Origin: Eledone cirrhosa
Taxonomy: Eukaryota
Direction of reading: 5' to 3'
NCBI GenBank assembly: GCA_964016885.1
Contig: OZ024744.1
Coordinates: forward strand, 77,748,001-77,812,000
DNA: 64,000 nt
Part shown: in pieces, positions 23,285 through 36,198 of the stretch
Layout: each line of letters begins with the position of its first letter
How positions within the stretch are numbered: the stretch's first letter is position 1
Position numbers and translations under genes: made by a program
Notes under the pieces: generated by a model
Seen by the model: only the letters and a program-made list of their open reading frames with translations
Told to the model about the DNA's origin: nothing
Database searches by the model: none

Positions 23285-23605
23285 TGGTTTAGTGGTTAGA
23301 GCATTGGCCTTGCAATCGAAAGGTTGTGAGTTCAATTCTCAGACCGGGTGATGTGTTGTTTCCTTGAGCAAGACACTTTATTTCACATTGCTCCAGTTTA
23401 CTCAGCTGTAGAAATGAGATGATAGGGACTGGGGTCCATATCATTCCACTACAAAGTGGTTGTGTAGGTGCCACGGAAAAAAAGCACCCAGAACTCACTG
23501 TAAATGAGGTTGGCGTTAGGAAGGGCATCCAGCTGTAGAAAACAAGCCAGAATCAGTTCCCGTCCCACCCTTGCAAGCAGGGAAAAAGCGGACGTAAAAT
23601 GAAAT
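23285..23605 (+). mobile_element. SINE family 1
   Basis: Homologous to 10203-10540. Confidence 0.85.
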
Positions 23606-23611
23606 TAAAAA

Positions 23612-23669
<58 letters not shown>

Positions 23670-23672
<3 letters not shown>

Positions 23673-23940
23673 GTTATGTAATAAACAACATAAGATAATT
23701 ATTTCATTTACCAGTGGTTTCTTGAAAGCAAACAAAATTTGCTTTCAATCTTCAGAATGAAAAAATCCTGGTGTATTTATTGACAATCTGATGATTGAAG
23801 GCAAATTTTGTTTGCTTTCAAGAAACCACTGGTAAATGAAATAATTATCTTATGTTGTTTATTACATAACTATTAAGCTCTGTAACCTTCATAGAGCACT
23901 CTTTTTTCCTGGACTTTTCTGACGGAATTACTTCATTCAC
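23670..23940. mobile_element. Inverted-repeat pLTR remnant (family I)
   Basis: Arms 23671-23755 and 23788-23872 are reverse complements; ~65-bp tail; TA flanks. Confidence 0.8.
23702..23762 (-). ncRNA. Type I hammerhead ribozyme (family I); opposite-strand copy 23784-23841 (+)
   Basis: TTTCATT-CTGAAGA-TTGAAAGCAAAttttgTTTGCTTTCAA-GAAACCACTGGT-A-AATGAAA; the + copy has CTGATGA. Confidence 0.85.
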
Positions 23941-23974
<34 letters not shown>

Positions 23975-23978
23975 ATAG

Positions 23979-24040
<62 letters not shown>

Positions 24041-24254
24041 AGAAAAATTCAGTGCTAGAACAGCCATTAAAACAGCTAAATGCTGTCAAAGACAACGATG
24101 GGCAAAAATGTCTCAGAGGACAGAGACCAGTGACCAGTGGTCAACAGAGAGATAATCCACAAGGTGGGTGACAGACAGATGAAATATAGAAAAGATTGAA
24201 AGAGGAGGGTGATAAGGAGAAGTGTGTTGGCGCATAATCATCATCATCATTTTA

Positions 24255-24705
24255 TGCCCTTCCTAACACTACCCACCTTTCAGGGTGTACTAGTTGTTTT
24301 TTATTGTGGCACCAGCACTGACAATTTACAAAGTGAATTGGATACGTTTTATTGTGGCATCAACATTAATACTTTACAAGGTGTAATGAATGCATTTTTT
24401 TCAGCACTACCACTATCACTTTACTGACTATACTAGGTGCATTTTTTCATGGCACTGACGTTAATACTTTACAGAGTGTACAGTGTGCATGTTTCATTGT
24501 GCCAACACTAATATTTTACAGAGTGGATTGAGTGCATTTTATCATTGCACCAATACTAACCCTTTACAGGGTGTACTGCGTGCATTTTATCATGACACTA
24601 ATACTAACGTTTTACAGGGTGTACTGGGTGCATTTTATCATGACACCAATACTACCCCTTTACAGGGTGTACTTTGTGAATTTTATCATGGCACCAGCAC
24701 TAGAG
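24255..24705 (-). repeat. ~42-bp minisatellite inside a SINE-like element
   Basis: TTTACAGGGTGTACTGGGTGCATTTTATCATGACACCAATACTAAC, about 10 copies. Confidence 0.75.
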
Positions 24706-24717
24706 AGATTGTCACAT

Positions 24718-27300
24718 AATGAATGAATGAAATTATTGTGTACAGTGCTCAGGTGCACTACAACTCATCAAAGGTGCATGTATATATAGTACATAGAATA
24801 ATGCACAAATGTCAGGAAAATAAACAGTGTACGAGTCGTGAAATATATATGTGCGTGTGTATGGAGGGGGGCTATCAGGTATAGTGTTGGTGAATCTCAG
24901 GAAGCATGGAGGTTTCAAAGGATGCAGTGTCTCGACAGCTAACAACTGATGCAGGTAGTTTGTTCCATGCTTCAGCAACTCTGAACGGGAAAAAATGTTT
25001 CCAGAAGTCATGGGAGTTGTGCTGTTTTCAGACTTTGTAGGAATGACCACGTGTGTTAGACACATGGAAATCAAAAAAGTACTCAGGGTTGTTGTTGGCA
25101 AAATGGTTAATAATTTTGTGGGTGTTTACTAAGTCAGTTGCCGAATATCGGAGCTTCAATGTGTCCATCCCCAGGGAAGCAAGGCATTCAGAGTATGGTA
25201 TATGCCTGATGGAGGGTATTTGATTGGTTGCAAGTCTCTGAACAGTTTCCAGGCGGTCAATGTTCTGAGCAAGATAGGGTTTCCAGACTGGTGATTCAAA
25301 TTCTAAGTGTGGCTGCACCACAACTATATACAGCTTTAAATAGATAGCTGGAGAGCGGCTAACAAAGGTCTTGCTGAGTGATGCTAAGACACCCTTGGCC
25401 TTCTTGACAATTTTAGAGACGTGATTCGTCCAACGCAAATTGTTGCTGACAGTAATGTCCAGGTCATATTCACAAGAAGACTTCTTGATATTAGTGTTGT
25501 GGAGGGAGTATGTGGACACTGGGTTTTTACTGCCAAAATGCATGGTGATACTCTTGTCCACAGCCAACTTGAGTTGCCAGTCCGTAATCCATTGCTGCAT
25601 TGTGTCCAGGTCCGATTGCAGGCAAGATCTATAGTGTTCAAGATCTGTCCTTTTTATCTCAAGGTACAGCTTGATGTCATCAGCATATTTCAGTACTGTG
25701 GCATTCTTTAAGTTGGCATCTATGTCATTAATATATGACACAAACAAAAGGGGGCCAAGAACAGATCCCAGTGGTACACCAGATGATATCTCATACAGTG
25801 AGGAATGCTGTCCTAGAACCATGACTACCTCTCTTCAACTGATAATGAAGAACTTCAACCAGTTAAAAAGATCATCCTTCACACCCATTGCAGAGAGTTT
25901 TGCCATGCGTCTTTTGTGTGGCACATAATTGAAAGCTTTAGCAAAGTCAAGGTAAACATCATTCACCCATGAGCCGCCATCAGTGATCCGGGTGATGTCT
26001 TCAAGAAACTCAATAAGTTGATCACAGCAGTTGGAGTTAGGGATAAATCCAAATTGCAAGGGCCAGATAAGACTGTGAGAGTTCCAGAAGTTCCAAAGTG
26101 TTTCTCTGACACAGGATTCCATCAGTTTGGCAATTCAACTAGTAAGACTGACTGGACAATAGTTCACAGGTGGTGTGCGGTCACCCTTTTTGAACAGAGG
26201 AATGACACTGGCAGTTTTCCACTGTTCTGGAGTAGCACCGTTGTTCAGACAGAATTGAAAGAAGCGTGATAGCTGGTGCAGAAGTAAGTACCCACCACGT
26301 TTGAGAAGCAGGTACATAACACCATCAAGATCAGGAGAGGCATGGTTGCATTTATTTTTAAGATGACATCGCAGCATTGCAGGTGTAAATTCCATAATTG
26401 TAATAGAATCCGATGTCAGAGGTGGTGTAGACGGTACACTCTGGTCTTCAACAGTGAAAATGCCTGCATAGCATTCAGCAATGAGTTCTGTGCATTCCTT
26501 GGGGTCATCAGTAACCTGGCTTGTGTGGGGATTGTGAAGAGGACCAACTGGAGAGTGAGGCCTCTGCTTTAGTGAACATACTTCCAGAACACCTTACTGT
26601 CAGGGTTCGTTGCTATGCGCTGCTCAAATTCAAGCACTGCCTTTTTTGTCATCTGTTTGAGATGGTTGGATGATTTATTTCGCTTTTTCCTATTGATATC
26701 TGATTTATGCAGTTTGTACTCACATTCAGCATTACAACGTTCTTTTCTGGCAAGATGGACTGCTGCAGCCTCCCAAATTGCACTTTTGGGATGTTTTTTC
26801 TGCTTATGTGGCACCAATGCTGCACATGCTGTCCATATTGAGTTCAGGATGTTCTGGAGTACAGTGTTGACATCTCCAGAGTCGTAAAACTCAAGCCAGT
26901 TTGGACGTTGCAACTTGGAGCAGTAAAAGTTCCAGTCTGCTTTATTCCAGTCAAAGTGAGCAGTTTGGAGATGGTTGAGGCTTTTGTTATTGCCCATGAG
27001 GGACAGATTGGCAATGATCATAGCATGATCAGAGTCACCTAAAGGTTCCTCAGTTGTAATACTAATAACCGTTTCAGGAGTAGTAGTGAAGAATAGATCC
27101 AAAGTGTTGTCACCTCTTGTTGGGGAGGTGACTACTTGGGACCAGTTCGAGTCCAGCACTAGCTCAAGGAAATCATTTGCGATCAACGAAAGGTTTCCCT
27201 TTCAATATCAGGGTGATTGAAGTCCCCTGCAATAAAAACATAGGTGGCTGTCTTCCTGGCAGCAGCTCTGAGGATATCACAAAGCTGTTTGCCCAGACTG
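24718..27300 (-). mobile_element. CR1/L2-group LINE ORF2 (APE endonuclease + RT), 5'-truncated and frameshifted
   Basis: AGDFNHPDI, PTRGDNTLDLFF, GDSDH, YLDFAKAF, SGVPLGSVLGPLLF, YADDIKL, TRGHSYK; 3' AATAAT(TTCA)n tail. Confidence 0.92.
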
Positions 27301-27614
27301 AATGGTCCTCTCAAATTTAATATTGTCTCTATTTGCTTGCCAACACATAGCCTCCAGTCTCTCACCACATTTATTTTTTGTGTTGCTGTGCTTGGTTCTG
27401 TGTCATTTCTTTCATGATATTCTAGGTTCCATCTACTTTAAGTACTTGGTACTTTTTTTTATACAACTCTCACTCTCTTTACACATCATTTGACCATACC
27501 AGCACAATTGTCTCTCTTACATACTACATACTACGAAGCTGAAGCATATATACAATATGCCCCACCACACCCTCTCATACATCCCCCATGAGGACAGGCC
27601 AAAGTATGCATCTA

Positions 27615-28050
27615 GTGAAGCCCTCAGCCCACACTGTAAAGTGGTCGTGTAGGTGTCACGACCAAAAGCACCCAGTCCACACTGTAAAGTGGTCATGTAG
27701 ATGTCATGACAAAAAGCACCCAGCCCACACTGTAAAGTAGTCATGTAGGTGTCACAACAAAAAGCATCCAGTCCACACTGTAAAGTGGTCATGTAGGTGT
27801 CATTTCAAAATGTACCCAGTCCACACTGTAAAATGGACATGTAGGTTTCACGGTAAAAAGCAACCAACCCTCACCTTAAATGAGGTTGACGTTAGGAAGG
27901 TCATCCAGCTGTATAAATCAAGTCAGAATCAGTTCTGTATGAGCAAGACATGGTCACCTGACCTAGCATTGCCCACAAAAGAACAACTCATCTAACCCAT
28001 GCTAGTGCGGAAGAATGGACGTAAAACGTTGATGATGATGATGATGATGA
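27615..28050 (+). mobile_element. SINE-like/RTE-tail element with about six 42-bp units
   Basis: CCCAGTCCACACTGTAAAGTGGTCATGTAGGTGTCACGACAAAAAGCA repeats, then the common 3' end and (ATG)n. Confidence 0.7.
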
Positions 28051-28382
28051 TTCCTCTGCTACACAGCTTCTCTCTAATGTCACTTGTGTTCTATCATTCA
28101 TGTACACTAACATTGCACATCCAGCATAGCATACATGTTTCATTTCTTTTTAACACCCACAGATCGTCTGTACTCATAGCCCATGTTTCGCTGCCATGCA
28201 ACATCACAGTTCAAACACAAGCATTATATAATCTGCCATATACTCTGAGAAAGAAGCTTTTTGTTGCCAGCAGAGGTAACAGGTACTTGAACTTCTTCCA
28301 GCCCATTCTCACTCTGTGTATGACACTAGGAGATCTCATTAGTGCTGAAATCCCTCTCCAGCACTAATGAGGTCACCTAGAT

Positions 28383-28824
28383 CTGTGGTTCCCAACCTTT
28401 TTTTAGCTCATGGCCTACTTTTAACCCAGCATTTTTCTGTGGTCCATGAAATTATTATAGGGTAAAAAATTAGTTCCCTTTTACATAGAATATCTATATA
28501 CTACTAAAACTCTGTGATTGTGTGCTTGTCTGTAATTTAATACAGCCAAAAGGGTGCATAATGGGAAAATACTTTGAAAGGAAGTTGCCCCTGAAATAGG
28601 AATACAAATGGAATAAAACAAGTTTTGCATAAACAACTATGTCTATTTATTGGAAACACAATTTCACAGCCATCTAAAATATTTCGTATTTCCAATGAAA
28701 TGACCATTCATTATCAATATTTATTTTTACAATTATTTTTTACATTTCTTTTTTCATTTCTGTGGATCACCTGAAATATGCCCTGGCCCATTTTAGCCAT
28801 GTGGCCATAGGTTGAGAACCACTG
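28383..28824. mobile_element. hAT (Charlie-like) MITE
   Basis: TIRs CTGTGGTTCCCAACCT / AGGTTGAGAACCACTG; 8-bp TSD ACCTAGAT / ACTTAGAT. Confidence 0.85.
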
Positions 28825-30934
28825 ACTTAGATAACACAAGATATCTACTAGTTCTATTGAACCTTCTGAATATTTGTGGAAGATTATCTCTTGAGTACCC
28901 TTACTGTTAACTACTCTTTACATCAACCACATATCTAACAACCTACCTGTGGTCCCACTACATCTTTTGTGTGTCCACAGTCTTCAATGGGTACATCATA
29001 TGGGATTCTTGCTCACTCCTTTTCTACATATTGAACATAACCATTTGCTTGGTGATAATAGAGTCTTATCCTCTTTCCTGATAAAATATTGGTCTTTACT
29101 AGGTTTACTTTGAGTCTTTGATTCTTGATTGTGTTTCCTTGTCTAGAACTTATTCTCTAGTTCTTCTATCATTTCTGCTATGGAAGCTAGATCATTGGAA
29201 TATAAGAGCTCTCATGGACAACCAGTTTTGAATTCCTCTCTTATGGCCCAGAGGACTTTAATAAACAGGAGGGGACTGAAGATTGAGCTTTGGTGAACGC
29301 CTACCTACACAGTTAAGTCATTGCTGCATTCACATTGTTAACTCTCACCTTACTGATTGCATCCCTCTACATGGCTTGAACACCCTTACAGGCCATATAT
29401 TTATCCCTAACATTCTAAACACCCACCAGATTACAGAACATGACATTCTGTCAAATGCCTTTTTCAGATCAACAAATCCTAGGTATAAGGGCTTATTCTT
29501 AGCTAAGAACTTCTTCAGTTTTCTCCCTATGAAAATGGCATAAAGCCAAATTATCTCATCAATATTAATTCTGTCCTTAATCAGTTTTGCTATCTCTTCT
29601 TTCTGTAGTGTTCATAATCTAATCTAACAATTTGATGCCTCTGTAATTGCCTCTCTCCAGTGTATATGCTTCACCCTTGTACAAACTAACAATGATGCTA
29701 CTATACCAGTCATTGGGTTTGACAACTTCTTGTACTCCCTGGCTTACTATACAAGTGACTAACTCCACTGAATAATTCAGCTATCTCAGTAGCAATCAAT
29801 CTCCAAATGGCTAGATGCTTTCCCTAACTTAATTTCCTTTACCTTACCCTTGTAGAAATTGACAATGATGCTTTTATACTAGTCATTGAGTATGCCACCA
29901 TCATGTACTACCTGATTTACTCTACAAGTGACTAGTCTGTCTTGCTCCACTGAATAACTTAACCATCTTAGCAACAATCTCTGAAAGACCAACTGCTTTT
30001 CCTACCTTCTTTAATCTTCTTATCTACCATGCTACCAGAGATGTAACTAGGGAAAATAGTGCCTATGGCAAGCAGTGAAATTATGCCCCTGCCCAGCACT
30101 CTATTTTTAACTATGGACCTAATAATTCATATAAATAGTTTAGTGATCTGGCCACTATAGCGTTTGTCACCCATGATAATCAAAAACAGATCATACATCT
30201 CACTCTCCAATGATAGCTTATCTGACTTGAATAGAAAGTGCTCCTAGTTCAAGTGGCATCTCGCTTCATGTGTCGCCCTTGGCACGAGCCGTGCTTGCCA
30301 TATCCTAGTTACGCCTCTGCATACTACTATCAACTTTGATAGCTCCTCACACTCTCATCCATTTCCCTCATTCACTAACCTCTCTATAGTAATCCTTCCA
30401 TACATCTTTCTTTTCAATGTCAGCAAAGTTAAGTGAACCATTGTCATTCTGTACACACATCTCCTCAATAACATCTTCATTAGTTTTCTCTTGTATAATG
30501 TCTTGCAATCTAAAACACTTCTCACCTCTGGTTCTCACATCACAGAACATTGGCAAACCTCTTACTTTCAGCTTACTTACTCCATCACTCCCAACACCCC
30601 CTTCTCACACACACACACACATTCACCTCTTGCTAAATAGACTTGACATCTAGCTTCTCTCTTAAATACTAGATATTGTTCTCTGCCAGCATTTCCTCAG
30701 TCTGTCTCTTTTCTTTTATGGCTTTACTTACAACACTCTTCTACCATCTTGTCCCCTTTCACCTGGTAGGTACCATGTTCCAGCTAAAAGTCTTGTCTAT
30801 AGCCTTCAACAGGTTGTCTTGCAAGAGTTTCCAGTTGTCATTGTATATATTATAGAATTCTAATTTCTCATCTTCCTTGTTAACAATTTCATCTAGTATG
30901 TTCTTAAACCTTTGGCTGTTTGGTAACTCTTTAA

Positions 30935-31155
30935 CCCTTTAGCATTTACATTACTCTATAGATACTATTGTATTTTCACAGAAAAGGCTTTATCTCACAT
31001 AATTATCTCACATAATATTGAATCTATGAGATTTTGATATTATTTATTTTGAGAATAATACCTTAACATCAGTATGAGCAGCTGGTTATGACCGGTTTGA
31101 ATAGAAAGTGGGGAGAAAATTCTGGCCAGATATGGTCAGTTTAAATGCTAAAGGG
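30935..31155. mobile_element. piggyBac-type MITE
   Basis: TTAA TSDs; TIR CCCTTTAGCATTTA / TAAATGCTAAAGGG. Confidence 0.85.
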
Positions 31156-31629
31156 TTAAGCTTCTATATCCTTCTTCCCCAGACTGCCTTAGGTGAGTCT
31201 GAGCATCTAGCTAATACTCTAAAGTCACTAATCACTAATCTGTGGGTGGCGTATTCTTTCCTAGGGAAAACTTTGGCATTCATAACCATCTGCCTGTCTC
31301 ATTTTGACTTATGTGTTGACCTAATTGGTAGGAGGGTAATAAGTTTCCTAAAGTTCGTGTTGCAGATGGTCGAGTTATTTGCATTACAAAAATCCTGGAG
31401 TCAAGATTCCTTTTTGTTTCTTATGTCAAATTCATAGCCACCATGTACACCATAGAATCCATCCTGTCCATCCTGCTGTTATCCCACATGCCTATTAAAA
31501 TTGACAGCCAGGATATTAAAGTCATTGTTATTTGTCTGCAAGAACTCTACATATATGTGATCCTTTCATTTTTCCACAAGCCCAGCTTGCAGCACATATG
31601 CATGTTCAAAACTAAAAGTCTGTCCTCAG

Positions 31630-31880
31630 CCATTAGGCTTGTTAGACCAGTGCTTATCCTGATTTCATGGCATGAAATGACTTAGGGTACAAGACCCACC
31701 CCTGCACAGGACACTAGTCCATCGCAGAGTTAAACCCCCAATTCTTGCTGGTACTCTTTTTCAGCTGAATATACTGGAACAATATAAAATGAAGTGTTTT
31801 GATCAAGAACACAACACAACCCAGTCCAGGAATTGAACCCACGACACTATAATCGCAAGTCCAACACACCTACCACTCTG
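31630..31880 (-). mobile_element. Decayed tRNA-derived SINE
   Basis: Minus head ..GTGGGTTCAATTCCTGGACTGGGTTGTGTTGTGTTCTTGATCAAAACACTT, similar to SINE family 1. Confidence 0.55.
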
Positions 31881-32369
31881 AGTACCTCAATTATGTCATC
31901 CACCCATTTCTCAGCTGATAGTATAATTTTTTTGTGTTTATAATATTTCTTTGTACTCTGCAAAATAATTTAATGTAATATGATTTCATTGCATTCCATG
32001 GCTAAAATAAACAGTTAATTAGCAGTTTGTTTCCTTGTTGGTCCTTAACCATTTATTTCTAATGGTTGTGGGGGAAAATCACCTTCCTCACTTCAATCAT
32101 ACAAAAACATGCACAGCATATGACTAACACATTTACTAAAACAAGAAAAAGCCACCAACCCGTCAGAGATAATCACTAGGATGCTGCAAATATTTGCCAA
32201 AATAGGGCGCAAACTAGTTTTCACATAACAAGTTAGTTCAGTAAAGTGTCATACTCAATGACTGAGGTAACAGTATAATCAATAACTGCCACAAAAGCAA
32301 AGATGATCTCAAGATAGAAACAACTAGAATGGCATCAAATTGATGGATCAAGTTATAAAAATAACCAAA

Positions 32370-33135
32370 TGAGCCTTAACGTAACTGAATAGGAAGAGAA
32401 TTAGATTAGAACAAGAGGCAGTTTCAATTTGTGTCAGACTACTGATGCTCTTGTCATAAAAAGATAACTGCAAGAGAAATCCTTAGCTAAGAGTAAACAA
32501 CTCTACCTAGCATTTGTCGACCTAGAGAAGGCTTTTGACACTACGAAAATTAAATCTAGATTTAACCCTTTAATGTTCAATCCGGCCAAAACCAGCCAGA
32601 ATTCTCTACCTTTTTCTGTTGAAACTGGCTGTAACTCGTCACTCAAACTGATGTTAAGGTATTGTTCGCAAAATAAATACTTTCAAAATCTCATAGATTC
32701 GGTATTATGGAAGATAATTATGCAAGGTAAAGCCTTTACCATGAAAATATAATAGTATATATAGAGTAATGTAAATGCTAAAGGGTTAATAGCCTGTGAA
32801 AGTAATGGAAGCCATGTACAATGATACTGCTAGTAAAGTAAGTATTTACAATGTGTTTAGTGAATAATGTAGTGTACAGCTAAGATGTTCATCAAGGTTC
32901 AACTAGGCTCACTCATGTCTATTATAGTTCTCCAGTCTGGAAGGTTATAGAAACATTTGTTTGCTGATGAACTAGTACTTATGACAGAAATCTGTAGAAT
33001 ATCTAGAGAAGAAATTCCAGACATAGAAACAAAAGCTAGGATTGAAAAGACTTAGAGTAAACTTAGCAAAGTCGAGAGATTTTATTGAGTAGGAAAGAAA
33101 ACAGACCCCTCTGCCATCAAGAAAATGGCTGTGAA
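32370..33135 (+). mobile_element. Old RTE RT fragment
   Basis: LQEKSLAKSKQLYLAFVDLEKAFD, VHQGS, LRVNLAKS remnants. Confidence 0.7.
32566..32785. mobile_element. piggyBac-type MITE (opposite orientation to the 30935 copy)
   Basis: TTAA-CCCTTTAA...GTAAATGCTAAAGGG-TTAA; body is the reverse complement of 30935-31155. Confidence 0.8.
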
Positions 33136-33189
33136 ATTATAAATCAGCTTAAATTACAATATATATATGTGTGTGTATGTATGTATATA

Positions 33190-33732
33190 TCATCATCATC
33201 ATCGTTTAACGTACATCTTCCACCGTAGCATGGGTTAGACAGGAGTTGTCCCACTTGAGGCAAGGTTGGTCGGGTGACCGTGTCTCGCTCATATAGGACT
33301 ATCTGGCAGGTTTTCTATGGCTGGATGCCCTTCCTAACACCAACCCCACATTTACAGTGTGGACTGGGAGGTTTTTACTGTGTTACCTACATAGCCACAT
33401 TACAGCGTGGAGTGTGTGTTTTTTTGTCGTGAGACCTTCATGATCTCGATCTCATTATCTCATTTATTTGGACTGGATGTTGTGGTACCAACTTTACAGA
33501 GAGAGGGTGGTGGTATTGGTGGGAGTGGGAAGATAGGGTAGGGGTAGTGGGTTGGGTGTATATTTGGTTAAGAGGTGCCTACTGATTGTAGGTTTCGCTT
33601 TGCACATAGGCAAGGCGGGTCTTCTGTATTACTGCGTAGTGCCAAAGATCTCGCTCCAGTGACATTGTCTTAGAGAGGTGTAAGTGTGTAAGGTCGGAAT
33701 TTATCAAATCGTCCCAGGTTTCTCTGGGTCTT
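33190..33732 (-). mobile_element. RTE 3' end and UTR
   Basis: RPRETWDDLINSDL.. C-terminus, then UTR with the common tail and (ATG)n. Confidence 0.7.
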
Positions 33733-33741
33733 TATATATAT

Positions 33742-34287
33742 ATATAAGTATGTATACGTACATACATATATGTGTACAGACGTACAGTAGTATGCATATA
33801 TATACATACATGCACACATATATATATATATGTACGTATGGGTTTACCGAACATTTATTATAATGTTCGGTTTGTTAGAGTGAGAAATGAAATTTTGTTT
33901 CATTCTTTTCCATTTATCGTTTTCGGTATGCCCGGCCGACTAACCCACTCGATATGCAAATTAGGCTGCTCAGCCGTTAATATGCATAAGGAAAGTATAT
34001 ACTTTCAAACGTTCTATCATCTGACAGAAAGGTATACGATGCTGACGATAGCTAATAAGCTTGAAACTAGTTCATCGTTCCTTTGTCAGTGTTGAACAAA
34101 AGGGCAACGATGGTTACCGAGCACTGTACGGCGTAATTCGGGCTGTTTGTTTACAAACAGCCCGAACATTATAATAAATGTTCGGTAAACCCATACGTAC
34201 ATATATATATGTGTGCATGTATGTATATATATACATACTACTGTACGTCTGTACACATATATGTATGTACGTATACATACTTATATT
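33742..34287. mobile_element. Inverted-repeat insert (~135-bp arms) enclosing an HHR (family J)
   Basis: 33742-33876 is the reverse complement of 34155-34287; short direct repeat 33876-33916 / 34306-34345. Confidence 0.7.
34036..34078 (+). ncRNA. Type I hammerhead ribozyme (family J)
   Basis: ACGATG-CTGACGA-tAGCTaataAGCTt-GAAACTAGT-T-CATCGT; stem I extends via CTGACA.AAAGG / CCTTTGTCAG. Confidence 0.85.
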
Positions 34288-34444
34288 TAGGTAACAGCCA
34301 TACTAAGAGTGAGAAATGAAATTTCGTTTCATTCTTTTCCATTTATATATATATATATATATCACAGAAAAAAAGAGAATCAGTGTTGTGACGAATGGAA
34401 TTTATTGGACATATTACAATCGGACGCTTTAAGCAGCCAACACC

Positions 34445-34555
<111 letters not shown>

Positions 34556-34667
34556 GTAAAATCCTGTTAGATTATTACTCACCAGAGTACTGAATTCTTG
34601 AGGTAGTAGAGTGTGGTAATATCACGATGTGTGGTAATATGATGATGATGATGATGACGATATATAT

Positions 34668-34953
34668 CATTTCATCATCATTTCATTTTACGTCCGCTTT
34701 TTCCCTGCTTGCAAGGGTGGGACGGGAACTGATTCTGGCTTGATTTCTACAGCTGGATGCCCTTCCTAACACCAACCTCATTTACAGTGAGTGCTGGGTG
34801 CTTTTTTTCCGTGGCGCCTACACGTCCACTTTACAGTGGAATGATAGGGACCCCAGTCCCTATCATCTCATTTCTACAGCTGAGTAAACTGGAGCAATGT
34901 GAAATAAAGTGTCTTGCTCAAGGCCAATGCTCTAACCACTAAGCCACGTGCCT

Positions 34954-34956
<3 letters not shown>
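34668..34956 (-). mobile_element. SINE family 1 with internal deletion in the head
   Basis: Homology to 10203-10540. Confidence 0.8.
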
Positions 34957-35000
<44 letters not shown>

Positions 35001-35040
35001 TATATATATATACATATATATACATATATTTATATATATA

Positions 35041-35847
35041 CTAGGAGAGGTACCCGGCGTTGCTCGGGTATTAAATAGCAGTTATGTATACCATTTATGT
35101 CAATACTTCAGTGCTGCTTCGAAAACTATACTTTTACAAAATCATCGGCTTTTTCCAAAAGGGGGTTCCTGCCCCCAGGGGTCCCCTACTCAATATGTGC
35201 CAATTCTGAGAGTTCACATTTATCTGTAGAACAAACGTAGCCCATGTATCAAGTTTTGTGAAAATCGGTTGCGAACTCCAGAAGTTATGGCGTTTTGTTA
35301 CATTGCACTGCAGTGCTTTAATCGACTCCAAGGAAGCGTGCAAAGCGGGTTACCTGCCGGGAGGCCCTATAATCAATATCTGGAAAAATGAAAGTGCCCA
35401 TGACCATCCGGAGTACATAAGTAAACTATGTCTTAAGAAGTATGCACTGGCCTAAATCTTCACTATTTACTTTTACTATTTTAATAACTTCTGTCATTTT
35501 CGTTTACAATTTTATTTACATCATTCTTAAACTCCGAGTCTGGAAATCATTCGGTTATTTTAAATAGAACATTAATCTAACGACTCCATTTATACCATAA
35601 ACTTGGTCTCGTCTTTGCATGAAATTTTTCTTCTCGGTCCACATAACGACGTATTATCCTCGCTTGTTTTCCGTTCATTGCCAGGGAACGTCTTCACGAA
35701 CCAAAATATCGTCTTCCTGTTTTCCTTCGGCTGCAATGTTTCTCGAAATATTTACTTCTGCGTTCACAGATAGAATTTTTTAGTTTCAGAAGAACTCGTT
35801 AATGTTGAAAGCAGCGATTCTTTGCTTAAACTTTAATCTGTTCTTAT

Positions 35848-35883
<36 letters not shown>

Positions 35884-35916
35884 TTATTATAACAAATATA
35901 TATATATATATATTTT

Positions 35917-35948
<32 letters not shown>

Positions 35949-36167
35949 TGCGTCTTTTTGTGTGTGTGTGTGCGGACATAAATATATATAACACACACAG
36001 TCACAGTACGTCTCGTGTGAAAGAGAGAAAGAGACGTTGGGTTGAGGAAAGGGGAGAGTTGAACAGTGTGTAAAGAATAGATAAATAAATAAAAGTTAAA
36101 GTTCCTCACTCTCTTTCTTTCTTTCTCAACCCCTTTCTCCCTTTTTCTCATACCCTCTTTCTCTCTT

Positions 36168-36198
<31 letters not shown>

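Larger units (their letters stand above)
28050..31600 (-). mobile_element. Old, long RTE LINE (endonuclease to C-terminus) interrupted by MITEs
   Basis: Reverse-strand remnants of LHGSETW, GWKKF, LGFVDLKKAFD, EEMCVQNDNGSL and an endonuclease-like LDFCNANN..CNTNFRK segment. Confidence 0.75.
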
